From assembly GCA_964106645.2 (NCBI GenBank), contig OZ067046.1: a stretch of DNA of 64,000 nt, one strand, 5' to 3'. Below, piece by piece: positions 37,911 to 49,450 of this stretch; position 1 is the first letter of the stretch; every line of letters begins with the position of its first letter. The notes beneath the pieces are model-generated. The model did not search any database. It worked only from the letters and a program-made list of their open reading frames with translations, and was not told the DNA's origin. The position numbers and the translations under genes are program-made. Origin of the DNA: Podarcis pityusensis (taxonomy: Eukaryota).

Positions 37911-39954
37911 TTACGAAAAGGACATCTGTTTGAAGTAGAAACATCATCTTTAGAAGTTATAGACTTCTAATGTGAAGAACAAACTAAAGAGGAAGGATGT
38001 TGGCTTCATAGAATATCCAAAAACACCTGGAAGAATACTTCCGGTTTGCTTCTCAGAGGCTCTTCTTACATTCTAAAGTGAAACTTAGAGGAGAAGTTGT
38101 GTGTAATTTTTGGCACAGGCTACCATCATATTAAAAATTTGACACACATCCTACTACAGTAAAGTTTCCCCACTCATTAGAGACTCCACAGTTAGGAGTT
38201 GATTAAAAATATCTTGGGATCATATCCAAATAAATGAATGATTTTTGTTTATTTATGTGAGAATGACTGCTTTTGTACTTCATCTTGTGACACAGCAGAT
38301 GCTGTTACAGTCACTGGCTTCAGGAAGAATATTTGATCTCACCTCTCTCACACATGTAAGTGACAAGTGGCAATTTGGGCACAGACATGACAGAGAGGAA
38401 GACTTTGAGATGTCTATGTGGAAAGAAGCAACAGATGTCAGGTACAAGTGGCAGCTACTGCAGAAGGCTCGGCAGGCATTTCGGGGAATAGATGTGAAAT
38501 AATAATCATGTTGAAAATGGCAGCATATGTTTCAGCTCAGTTGAAAATGGAGGACATTATCCAAATTGCTCCTTAGGCCTTAAGCTGCCCTCCTTGTAGA
38601 CTTGACAATTTCAATACAATAATTCATAATGGATGTATTTTCTGGATTTAAATGAGAGGGGGTTGCTATGAGGTGTGTTTTAATTCCATGTTTCATTATT
38701 TTAAAGGATTCACTCATTTTGTTTCTCATTTTTATAATTTATCAACATTTCCATATCAGTTTGTATTTAAAACAAAAACAAAAATGAAGTGCTTATGAAA
38801 ATTCAGCAGTATTTGAATGTGAATTTCTCCTAAGATATGTATTTTAATATACAATTTTTGCAGTCATTTCCCCTAATATAATGCATTTTTGTGTTATTTT
38901 TACTTATATGTATTTTGATGCACACTTTACCTTAGCATGTGCTTTTTTAAAAAACACATTACTGGAAAACTCAGCTAAGTGTGAATTTCAAAGGATAGAT
39001 GAGTTTCAGTTACTACATTGTTTCAGAAAGTGTGAATTATGTAAATTGGCTGTTAAATGTGAACCAAATAAAATTTCTCCTCCATCTATAATAGGTTATA
39101 CTGTTGTGTTCATTTCAATCAACCCTGGCCTGGCTTTTTTTTTTCTTTACTAAGTGCCCCATTCTATTTCTGATTCCAGGCATTTTCCAAAACATACACT
39201 CTAGCTCTAGTTTCTTCCTGGCCATGTTATTACTGGTAGTGACAGTGCTGGTAAGCTGTCAAAAGAAAAAGGAAAAAAAAGTAAGTCTGAAATGTGAGTC
39301 TCCTGCGAGACTGTCAGAGCTGGAGACAGCGATTTGAGAAGGAAGATATTTCTCTTCCCCTCTCCCCCTTTCCTTATACATGTGGTCTGAGTCCTCTCTG
39401 GCTCAACTGCTTGACTGTCTTTCAGACTTTTGATCCATAAGAAAACCTGCTGTAGTGACACTGGTATCAGAGACAGCCCTTCAGGTGCACTTGGTACAGA
39501 TGGAAGCAGACCTGGTTTTGTTATTCTACACGTTCCTTGGCAAGTGGCTTAGATAAAGTCACTGTTTCTTCTACTGATATTTCAAGCAATATTTTGTTAC
39601 TCTTGTATTCTTTAATATTGGCTGGCAGCTCTGCAGAGGTGACTGAAGGACCAACCTGCAGGGCTTGCTTCCACAACAGCCCGACTAAACAATTATAAGA
39701 GTATTCATGTAGGTTACAATTCATCGCCTGAGAAATACAAGAACACTGGAGCACTGCCAGAACACAGCTGGATCTTTGCTTCTCCTACCCAACAATGAAT
39801 CCTCAAGGCATGATATTATGTATATAGGTCCTATCCAGACTCTCAATCTTGTGCAAGAGGAAGGGGGGAGGCAATTTCTGCCAGTTCTTCCTTCATCCTG
39901 CAGCTTTCTGTGCCCCCTGAAAATCTACTTCAGATGCTTGGAGGACCCTTTGTA

Positions 39955-40261
39955 TTAATAATAATAATAATAATAATCAGTTTTTGATTGAAAGTTTTCA
40001 ACATAAAACACAATAAAAGCCAAAATAATCTAAAGAAGGGAGATTAGAAGGAGACCAGAAAGAAGAGAAGAAGAAAGAGAAACAAACAAGCAAGCAAATA
40101 CCAAGCCCTCTGTCACAATTATATCTTAACCCTTATTCCACACACAGAAGCGTCAGCCCTCCCAGCTCTCACCTAGCAGTTTCCCCCTCTTCCCCCAGCC
40201 TTCCAGCCTTCCCCCAGCCCTTTTATCCTGCCTATCACACAGAACCCTTCATCTTGCATTA
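39955..40261 (-). mobile_element. Non-LTR retrotransposon 3'-end fragment (L1-like 3'UTR) with (TTA)n tail
   Basis: The (ATA)n run at 39955-39977 is the tail. The TSD is GGAGGACCCTTTGTA (39940-39954) and GGAGGACCTTTTATA (40262-40276), a 13/15 match. Confidence 0.6.
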
Positions 40262-40308
40262 GGAGGACCTTTTATAGTGGAATGTGAGGGAGCTTAGGTA
40301 CTGACAGG

Positions 40309-40725
40309 CAGGGCCGTCTTAACCATAGGCACCAGGGGAGTGGGGCACCCGGGCGCCAGGCTCTCAGGGGCACCAGGCTGAGAGTACAGGGCCCGAGAAT
40401 TGGAGTCCAGGGAAGAACCTGCCCGTCGGTTGGAGCACTGTGGCGGGCTCTTCTACTGCAGATGGCTTTGTGCCGCAAGTTTGGGGGTGAGTGAGCCAGT
40501 GAGGCACTGAAGCGGCTGGCCAGCTCTGCACTCCTGCATGCCTAGGATTGGCACCTCAGGCTGGTTTGTTGCACTGGGCTCCTAATGTTTCCTGTTTTCT
40601 TTTCCTAACCAGAGATAAGCGTGGTGTCAGCTCCCTAAAAATAGGTTGAGAACTCTGGGCAACCTGTGGGGGGGCATCAGGAGGATCTTTGCACCCCGGG
40701 GCTGCATATGCTTAATACTGCCCTG
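40309..40725. mobile_element. hAT MITE
   Basis: TIRs CAGGGCCGTCTTAA and TTAATACTGCCCTG, with an 8-bp TSD CTGACAGG / CTGCCAGG. Confidence 0.88.
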
Positions 40726-41474
40726 CTGCCAGGAAGGAAAGGGATAGAGAAAATTGTCTCTTTCCCTTCCTTTCTTGAGAAATCTCTAATGGATCTTGGA
40801 CAAAAGGAGCTCTCCCATCTGCAGAAGGGTCTTTTACCTAAAACTCATTCACTCTACTACATAGTCTTCTTATACACAGGGGTAGCTGTGAGGGTGGGGA
40901 TCATGAATGCCCATATTCTATGACTTCAGCAGAACAACAAAGAACAAACAACAAAGAAATCCCCAACAAAGAAATATACATAGAGATATTTCTCCTTGGG
41001 ACTGGGAACACCCAAAAAAGGTTCAAATTCAAAGGAAGGCTATTGAGCTTATTGCTCATGAATATTGTTTTAGTTGTTATGGTAGAATCCCCTGTCCGCA
41101 CCACCCTATCTCAATATAGTTTTTATGACTGGGTTGTCTACATCCCACTGAAACCAAGTAAACATTTTTAGTATTTGCGTGCCATACAGAGAAATCTAAG
41201 CTTACTGACATGCAGAGCTGATTTCTTTTCTAGGATATATTCTCTAGAACATTCAGCAGCTGGGATGCTTCAAAGCAGATACCAAAACCTCATGAGGTAT
41301 TAGTGCACTTGAAAACAGTACAGTGACATTTTTTATCTCAAGTAAAAGATGAAGAACATTTTGGGTATTTGTTTCCCCAGTGTTTTATTTTTGTTTTTGT
41401 TTTTTGCATTGCCTAGTTTTATAAGACGGTAAATATATGTAGAAATGCATCAAAACTGATAATGGCAGGATAGC

Positions 41475-41604
41475 CCTGTATCAGGAAGCTTTTAATGTTT
41501 GATATTTTATTATGTTTTTATATGTGTTAGAAACTGCCCAGAGTGACTAAGGCAACCCAGCTAGATGGGTAGGGTAAAAATAATAAAACCATCATCATCA
41601 TCAT
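41475..41604 (+). mobile_element. L2-type 3' terminus
   Basis: GAAACTGCCCAGAGTGACTAAGGCAACCCAGCTAGATGGGTAGGGTAAAAATAATAAA followed by a (CAT)n tail. Confidence 0.6.
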
Positions 41605-43467
41605 AGCAAAACTAGATCTTTATAGCTGATGCAAATCTCTAAGATACTCTATTGCATGTTGTTCTGATCCAAAGATGTTCTTCTTTGGAATGTGCTCTAT
41701 GAAGAAGGACAACTAAATTCAAAGATGTCATTCTGGTTCTGCCTATGTTGCAAGTTGTGCAATCTCTTACCCAAGCAAAAGCATGAAAACGGCTACAGAA
41801 CTGTGTAATTCTGCTCTGTGAATTTGCAGAATTTATGAAACATTGCCTGTCACTCTGGGCTCTTTGTATCCAACTTTATATTTTACATTCTATGTGTATA
41901 GGGACATTACCAGGATTTCAAAGGTAGAAGTCATATCCAGAGGGAATTTCCGGAAGGTGGTAGTTTGTTGTTGATTTTCACATGTTTTTGGAGTTTTTGT
42001 TAAAAAAAAAAAAACCTCAATAACTTTCAGGGTGTCCTGGTTTTTACTTTTTGAAATCCTATCTCTGTGTATTTTGTGCTCTTAGATAGATGTAGACATG
42101 GAGTGGGGTGTAACATGGGCCACATTAGTTCATTTTGCTAATGCCCAGACAATACCCAAACCTTAGAGAAATTTTCTTTTAAATTTGCAATAAAAACCCA
42201 GACAAATAATACTAAGAGAAATGAGGTGCAGCAGGGATTGCTAGATTTAGTAACCAGTCTAGTTAACAGAATATGATAAATAAAACAGCAATTATTTCTA
42301 GATAGGACTGATGCAGCTTTTTTTAAGTGCACCAAATATACCACTGAATCCATTACATTTATTCCATATTACTCTTGAATAGTGGATGAGCCTTTTTCCT
42401 TTTTTAAACAAAAATAGATAAAAGGGAGACATAAAATGAAAAGTATTAAAATCAATTAATCCATAAACAACAACGTCACTTAATGGGTCTCAGACAATGA
42501 ACTGTTTACCTATTGACTTTATGGAATGGAACTGTGCTGCAATAATGCTACAGTTTGAAATTTAAATATAATTTTACAAGATTATAAGTATATGAGGATG
42601 GGAATGAGCACTATTATTTTTGTATCTTGGAGTATTTCTAATGGCAATTATCTAGCATAAAGAGAGAGAGGAAGAATCTGTTTTAAAAAATGTCTTCTAA
42701 AGAGAATGGGTTTACTAGCAATGTTGCAATAATTCCTGATTCTGTTTCATATGTATTAAAAGAGAAGAGACAGCTGTATTATTTATCAAAAGTGAAAGGA
42801 ATTACATTAAAATTAATAAGTCATAATGCTTCTGATTGGTTCCAAGCTGCAGAAATTTACTGCAATCGTAAATGGATTTCCTTATAAATGAAGGTTGAGC
42901 ATTATTATGTAAAATAATATTCTCGCACTCGGTTTGGCCTATGTGACTTCTATGTGTTTTATGAAACAAACATGATTGAAGATGCAGTTTCCATTGCTGC
43001 TTTCATGGCAATTTCCAGTGCTGCTTCGACTTGAAATCAGACAACTAATGATTTCTTTTTTTAAAAAAGCAATACAGCTTTTTTTTTTTTTAATTACTGA
43101 ATTTATATACCGCCCCATATAACAAGATTATATTTTCTTTGGACAAATTTGTAAGCCTCTTCCTGTGGTTTTCATATATTAAATAAGAGAAGCAAAAAGT
43201 AAAGGATAAGACAGACTGCTTAGATGTGAACTTAATGTGAACCCAGGAGTGGACTTTCGCTTTATAAGAGAATTCACTGAATTCAAACATGTAGATAAGA
43301 AATAGAGATATTATCCTTTTCAACTGCTTGCACATTCAGCGATCTCTCTGATTTCTATCTCTGAAAAATCTACCAGCAGATGATATTAAACCTACTGAAA
43401 ATAAATAGAAAAACACCCATCTTTATTGTCCAAACTTAGCACTTGTCTTCTATTTGAATCCCTAGCA

Positions 43468-43603
43468 CATGCTTCCTCAACCTCGGCCCTCCAGATGTTT
43501 TGAGACTACAATTCCCATCATCCCTGACCACTGGTCCTGCTAGCTAGGAGTCATGGGAGTTGTAGGCCAAAAACATCTGGAAGGCCAATATTGAGGAAGC
43601 CTG
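43468..43603. mobile_element. hAT (Charlie-like) palindromic MITE
   Basis: TIRs CATGCTTCCTCAA and TTGAGGAAGCCTG, an internal palindrome (CCAGATGTTTT..CTACAATTCCCAT / ATGGGAGTTGTAG..AAAACATCTGG) and a perfect TSD CCCTAGCA. Confidence 0.92.
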
Positions 43604-43773
43604 CCCTAGCATTACAGTCAGAAGGAAACATCATTAGTGTCTCTCATGGGTTTCTGGTTCTTTTATTATTACTTCTAGCTGCATCTTTGTAATACTTTCA
43701 AAGCACAATGGTAAAGTACGAAAGGACCTTAAGTTTAGGCTGCCACCTATCGAATACACATCTGCTTTACCAC

Positions 43774-44152
43774 CAGGGATGGGAGCAAAATTCAATTTAG
43801 CTCACATTCAAAAGCAGACTTACCTAACCCAAACTTTCCAAAGCAGTTTGTGATCCAAAACACAGACATTCTTCAATATCTGCACATCTCTAAATATTGC
43901 AGTGCAGTTCTCCAAACAAGTAATGTATATACAAATATTATGGTGAAATATGCATAAAATTCATATAGTCATGAACACAGCATACAAAATGCATTATATT
44001 CATGCAGAAAAAAAATGTATACCAGGCAAGATTGCATGCATTGGGTATTTTGGGGAAAATTTACACTAAAATGATGTGCAAATTTCAAAAATTGAAGTCT
44101 TAGAAAAATGAGGAGCTAAGAGATACCACAGTTAACATATTTGCTCATCCTG
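43774..44152. mobile_element. AT-rich MITE (AGGGATG termini); related copies at ~38700-39088 (reverse) and ~29850-30020
   Basis: Termini CAGGGATGGGAGC and GCTCATCCTG. It shares TTGCAGTGCAGTTCTCCA..AATGTA blocks with the other copies. Confidence 0.55.
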
Positions 44153-44534
44153 CTTCTACTTTTGCTGCATTTAGACAGATTAACAGATTTAAACCACTTC
44201 TAAGTAAAGAGAAAGGAGAGACTATGGAAGGTGTTCTTGAAGCCATCAAGAGTACAGATTTCAGTGTGAGTGGTTAGTTGATTGACCCTCTTCACTGTAG
44301 CCACAGAACATAATATAGATGCATATAGTTTGAATTATTTATTGGCAAGTCTCAAAGCATAGCAGACAGACAAAACATTCTGACAATTTAAGTGGAACAA
44401 TATTATTCAATCATCATTTCAAGAAAGAAATACAATAAAATGTATTCTTTCTGGGGCTCTCCTCTAATATCTGTAGCACTGAATCACATGATGAAGTCAT
44501 AACATTCATAAGTTATGTCCAACAACTTGTCAGA

Positions 44535-45072
44535 AGGTGCCATCAAACCATTTTAGGGACCCCACCCCAGATTAGCTTTTTCTTCTCTGAAAGATGTCTT
44601 ACAAGGCAGCAGGTACAGATTTTTCATTGAGGTTTATTCCCAAAGCTTTTTTCATGGATGGGTATAGCCACAAAGCAACAGAGTTTTAGAATCAGGGTTT
44701 TCCTTCTCCTAGGTGGGCTACCTTCCCAGGTGGAGAAGCCCCCTCTGCCCCTCACTTCCCTCTACAGTATGTGAAGAAACTGCCTTCTTGACAGTTGGAC
44801 CTACTATTTGCCTTGTCCGCTCAATCCACCAAAGCTTGTCTTCACATTCAGGGGAAGTCCCTTACTCATTGAGGGTTTGAGACCCATCAGCTTCCCTCAC
44901 CTGGTTTAGTCATCCAGTCAAATCCCCCAGGTTGCAGCCACTGTCACATGCTGACAACTTCTAAAAAGCCACAGGTGAGAGCTGAATGTAGGGTGGGGAC
45001 CAAAGGTGGACAAGCTACCCCAGAAATAGCATGTGTCCCCCACCAGAGATATTACCCCTCCCCTCATACCAA
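44535..45072 (-). mobile_element. 5' portion of the same RTE-derived element family
   Basis: It shares TTTAGAATCAG..TTCTCCTAGRTGGGCTACCTTCCCA..TTCCCTCTACAG..CCTTCTTGAC.GTTGGACC with 37778-37900 and extends ~260 nt further 5'. Confidence 0.65.
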
Positions 45073-45097
45073 TTGGGTACAAGTATCAATGCTGACA

Positions 45098-45449
45098 GGA
45101 TGCAGGTGGCGCTGTGGTCTAAACCACTAAGCCTAGGGCTTGCCGATCCAAGGTCGGTGGTTCGAATCCCTGCGACGGGGTGAGCTCCCGTTGCTCAGTC
45201 CCTGCTCCTGCCAACCTAGCAGTTTGAAAGCAAGTCAAAGTGCAAGTAGATAAATAGGTACCGCTCCAGCAGGAAGGTAAACAGTGTTTCTGTGCGCTGC
45301 TCTGGTTCGCCAGAAGCAGCTTAGTCATGCTGGCCACATGACCCGGAAGCTGTATACTGGTTCCCTCGGCCAATAAAGCAAGATGAGCGCTGCAACCCCA
45401 GAGTCGGCCACGACTGGACCTAATGGTCAGGGGTCCCTTTACCTTTACC
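45098..45449 (+). mobile_element. Sauria SINE (full length)
   Basis: tRNA-like head (GGTGGCGCTGTGG; B box GGTTCGAATCC), typical body (GTGCAAGTAGATAAATAGGTACC; GGCCACATGACCCGGA) and an (ACCTTT)n tail. The 14-bp TSD is TATCAATGCTGACA (45084-45097) and TATCGATACTGACA (45450-45463). Confidence 0.93.
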
Positions 45450-45954
45450 TATCGATACTGACATTCCTCAGGTGTTCAATGGAGAGCAGAGTTACACTCG
45501 GTAGCTCTACCCCCCCCCCCCCATTTCCAATTCAACATCATGCTATTATAATTGTTCAGTCGGAGAAAGCATTTCTGCTTGCAAAATGGAATCTCCCTTC
45601 TACTCTGTCTGAACACTTTTCTGGGGTTTCTCCTGACCCTGACCTCCAGGGCTAATTTGGAGGAAAAGATGTTTCCAGAAAAGATGTTTCCAGAGCTATA
45701 CCGAAGTATTTGATGTTTCATTTTGCTGAAGGCAGGACAGCTGTGAGATTAGTCGCTTTCTATAATTAGAGTAGCAGTTGTGTCAAATGTTATATGCTTG
45801 GGAATAGTATAGAAAGTTTATGTGCATTCCTGCGTGGAGATGGAAAGGAAAATACAAAAGATCACAATGAGCAGGTGAAGGGATGTCATAAGGATGTTAA
45901 TCTGAAGCAACAATCTTACATGTGTCTAGGCACAAATGTCTCAGTTGAATGGAT

Positions 45955-46112
45955 GGCAAATACAATGGATGACTTTGAAAGAGGATTAGACAAATTCATG
46001 TAGGATAAGGCCATCAGTGGTGATAACTGTGTTCTGTCTTCCCATAGGTATTTGCTTGGCCATTGTGAGAACAGGATGGACCACTGGCCTGATCCAGCAG
46101 GATTTTCTTATG
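45955..46112 (+). mobile_element. CR1 3' end fragment (older type)
   Basis: GACTTTGAAAGAGGATTAGACAAATTCATG (FxRGLDKFM, a CR1 ORF2 end), then GGACCACTGGCCTGATCCAGCAGG..TCTTATG. A similar tail lies at ~17300-17376. Confidence 0.72.
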
Positions 46113-46645
46113 CTGAACAAAATTTATATATGAACATACATGTATGCCTAGATAGGATTGTGCTCTTTCTTAAAAAAATTACTGGTTTCACCTTAATCAT
46201 TATACACAAAAGTAGTGCAGTAGTGTAGATTTCTCCAAAACAGCTTCCATCAAAAACATTACTATGAAACTTTGGATACTGAAGAAAATGTTTCTTAAAA
46301 GTGAAAAATGCTCACTTACTAGTAGAACACTGCTTCTACCTGTTTCTCTCCTGACAATAAACTGCATTAAACAATCCAAGATCTGTGGATTATGGATGGA
46401 ACATTTTGTATGTGCATACTTTATATGTAACACTTTTCTACTGGCACGGGGGCCTCAAAGTAGTGTGCAATGCCTCCTGTGTACCAGCCTCAAGTTTCAT
46501 GAAAAGATGTAGATGAAAAGCCAATAGAGCACACAACTGGATGGGGAAAACCACCACCACCACCACCACCAACAGCTAGGATATATGTAGCAAAGATGGA
46601 AAGAGGAGGAAGCAAAAGGATCAATTCAAATAAACACGCAATTTA

Positions 46646-49107
46646 TTTATTTTTAAATAATACTTATTAAATTTTAAAGGGTTACAAAAAGAAAAATTTA
46701 AAAAACAGCATATTTAAGAAATACAAAACATCACCTCACATCACAATAATAGAAAAAAGAAGCAAGAAAAAAAGAAGAAGAAAAAAAAGAGAAAATACAG
46801 TAAATCTTCCCATATCTTATCTTTCATTTGCTTATTTCCTTGACCTCCTCACACCTCCTTTTTTGTATTCTAGCTCAATTAACTATTTCAGCAAATCCTT
46901 TCCCTCCTTTCCAATTTTTGTCGTCTATTTTATCTTAATATAATATAACTTTACTTTCCCTCCTTCACCGTTTAGCAATCTATTTTTCCTTAATCCTTTA
47001 TAACATTTCTGCTAAAACCGCATTATTTCATTCCAACATCCTTCTAACATTCCTTAATTTTACAATGTTTCTGTAAATAGTCTTTAAATTTCTTCCAATC
47101 TTCTTCCACCAACTCTTCTCCCTGGTCTCGGATTCTGCCAGTCATTTCCGCCAGTTCCATGTAGTCCATCACCTTCATCTGCCATTCTTCCCGGGTGGGT
47201 AGATCTTGTGTCTTCCAATACTTCGTGATGAGTATTCTTGCTGCTGTTGTGGCATACATAAAAAAGGTTCTATCCTTTTTTGGCACCAATTGGCCGACCA
47301 TGCCCAGGAGAAAGGCCTATGGTTTCTTCAGAAAGGTATATTTAAATACCTTTTTCATTTCATTATAAATCATCTCCCAGAATGTCTTAATCCTTGGGCA
47401 TGTCCACCAAAGGTGAAAAAATGTGCCTTCAGTCTCTTTACATTTCCAACATTTATTATCGGGCAAATGATATATTTTTGCAAGCTTGACTGGTGTCATG
47501 TACCACCTGTAAATCATTTTCATTATGCTCTCTCTTAAGGCATTGCATGCCGTAAACTTCATACCTGTGGTCCATAACTGTTCCCAGTCAGCCATTATAT
47601 TATGTCCTACATCTTGTGCCCATTTAATCATAGTTGATTTCACCGTTTCATCCTGAGTATTCCATTTCGACAGCAAGTTATACATTCTTGACAAGTTCTT
47701 AGTTTTGGGATGTAACAGTTCTGTTTCCAATTTTGATTTTTCCACCTGGAAGCCAATTTTTTTATCCAAATTGTACGCCTCCATTATTTGATAATAATGG
47801 AGCCAATCTCGCACTCTATTTTTTAGTTTTTCAAAACTCTGCAATTTTAATCTGTCTCCCTCTTGTTCCAAAATTTCCCAATATTTCAGCCAATTGGCCT
47901 CCATATTGAGCTTTTTCTGAGCCTTCGCTTCCATTGGTGACAGCCACTTTGGGGTTTTATTTTCAAGCAAGTCCTTATATCTTATCCAGACATTAAACAG
48001 TGCTTTTCTGACAATATGGTTTTTAAACGCTTTATGTGCTTTAATCTTATCATACCACAAATATGCATGCCACCCAAATACGTTGTTAAAACCTTCTAGG
48101 TCCAACACATCAGTATTTTCAAGAAGCAGCCATTCTCTCAGCCAGCAAAACGTGGCCGATTCATAATAAAGTTTAAGGTCTGGCAGGGCAAATCCCCCTC
48201 TTTCTTTAGCATCAGTTAATATCTTAAATTTTATTCGAGGCTTCTTGCCCTGCCAGACAAATCTAGAAATATCTCTCTGCCACTTCTTGAAACAATCCAT
48301 TTTATCTATCCAAAATTTGCAATGTTTGAAACAGAAACAACATCCTTGGCAATACATTCATTTTTATCGCAGCAATTCGGCCTAACAAAGATAACTTCAG
48401 ATTTGACCATATTTCTAAATCCTTTTTCACTTCCAGCCAGCATTTTTCATAGTTATCCTTAAATAAATTCACATTTTTAACAGTCATATTGACCCCTAAG
48501 TATTTCACTTTCTTGACCAATGTTAATCCTGTCTCCTTCTGAAACCTCTCTCTTTCAATCCCTGTCAGATTTTTCTCTAAAACCTTAGTTTTCATCTTAT
48601 TCAGCTTAAAACCCGCAACCTGACCAAATTCTTGAATCAATTCCAGTACTCTTTTGGTACTAGATTCTGGCTCCTGTAATGTCAGTACCAAATCATCAGC
48701 AAATGCTTTCAATTTGTACTGTTTAGCTCCGACTTGTATGCCTTTAACCATTTGGTCCCTTCTAATCATATTTAAGAGAACCTCCAAGATGGATATAAAA
48801 AGCAATGGGGAAATTGGGCAACCTTGTCGTGTTCCTTTCTCTATCTTAAATTCTTCCATCACTACATTATTTACAATTAATTTAGCCTTTTGTTCTGAGT
48901 AAATTGCACCTATACCATTTCCAAAACCTTGGCCAACCCCCATCCCTTGTAAATTCTTCATCATAAAACTCCAAGAAATATTGTCAAAGGCTTTCTTCGC
49001 GTCCACAAATATCAAAACTGCTTTAGTGTTAATATTCACTTGTAGTTTTTCTAAAATATTAATTATATTCCTCGTATTGTCAGACAAGTGTCTGCCCGGG
49101 AGAAAGC
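46646..49107 (-). mobile_element. 5'-truncated L1-clade LINE (second subfamily) with 15-bp TSD
   Basis: RT-to-CCHC ORF2 remnant plus 3'UTR. The TSD is TAAACACGCAATTTA (46631-46645) and TAAACATGCAATTTA (49108-49122), with one CpG-type mismatch. The reconstructed target TTTA/AAA fits the L1 endonuclease preference. Confidence 0.95.
47044..49107 (-). pseudogene. L1 ORF2 remnant (RT + C-terminal domain) in three frameshifted pieces
   Basis: ORFs 48302..49114 (FLPGR, GTRQGCPISP, FADD, KYLG), 47317..48357 (GGFALPDL, CWKC..H..C) and 47044..47301 are collinear with the large L1 ORF2. Confidence 0.92.
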
Positions 49108-49431
49108 TAAACATGCAATTTAAAACTGAGACAAATATAAATAGGAGGGAATGTAGTCACCCACTACTGATCAATGAGGATCCCTTAGATATGGCTGACA
49201 TTTCAGAGCCCTAGGTTGGATTGTAGCTGATGGCTTTGGCTTCTGTTATTCCATGGCTTCGGAATTAGCGAAAACATTGGTCAGCTGTTCTTTTTTCACT
49301 GTCATCTCTGGATAGTCCCTTTCTCCCACCCTTCCTCTGGTCTCCCAACTTTTTCTTTACTCTCTAAAATCTTAAGCCACTTCCTTCAGAATCTACACAC
49401 AAAAACTCCACAGAAACTTCTCAAAGAGAGC

Positions 49432-49450
49432 TGTAGCGCCTTCTGGTGAT
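49432..49450 (-). promoter_or_regulatory. Candidate CTCF site
   Basis: Minus-strand TCACCAGAAGGCGCTACA versus the consensus CCASYAGRKGGCRCT. The CpG is retained in otherwise CpG-poor unique DNA. Confidence 0.4.

Larger units (their letters stand above)
39827..40801. mobile_element. Old palindromic MITE split by two later insertions
   Basis: The outer arms are complementary (GAGGAAGGGGGAGGCAATTTCT vs AGAAAATTGTCTCTTTCCCTTCC). It hosts 39955-40261 and 40309-40725. Confidence 0.55.
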
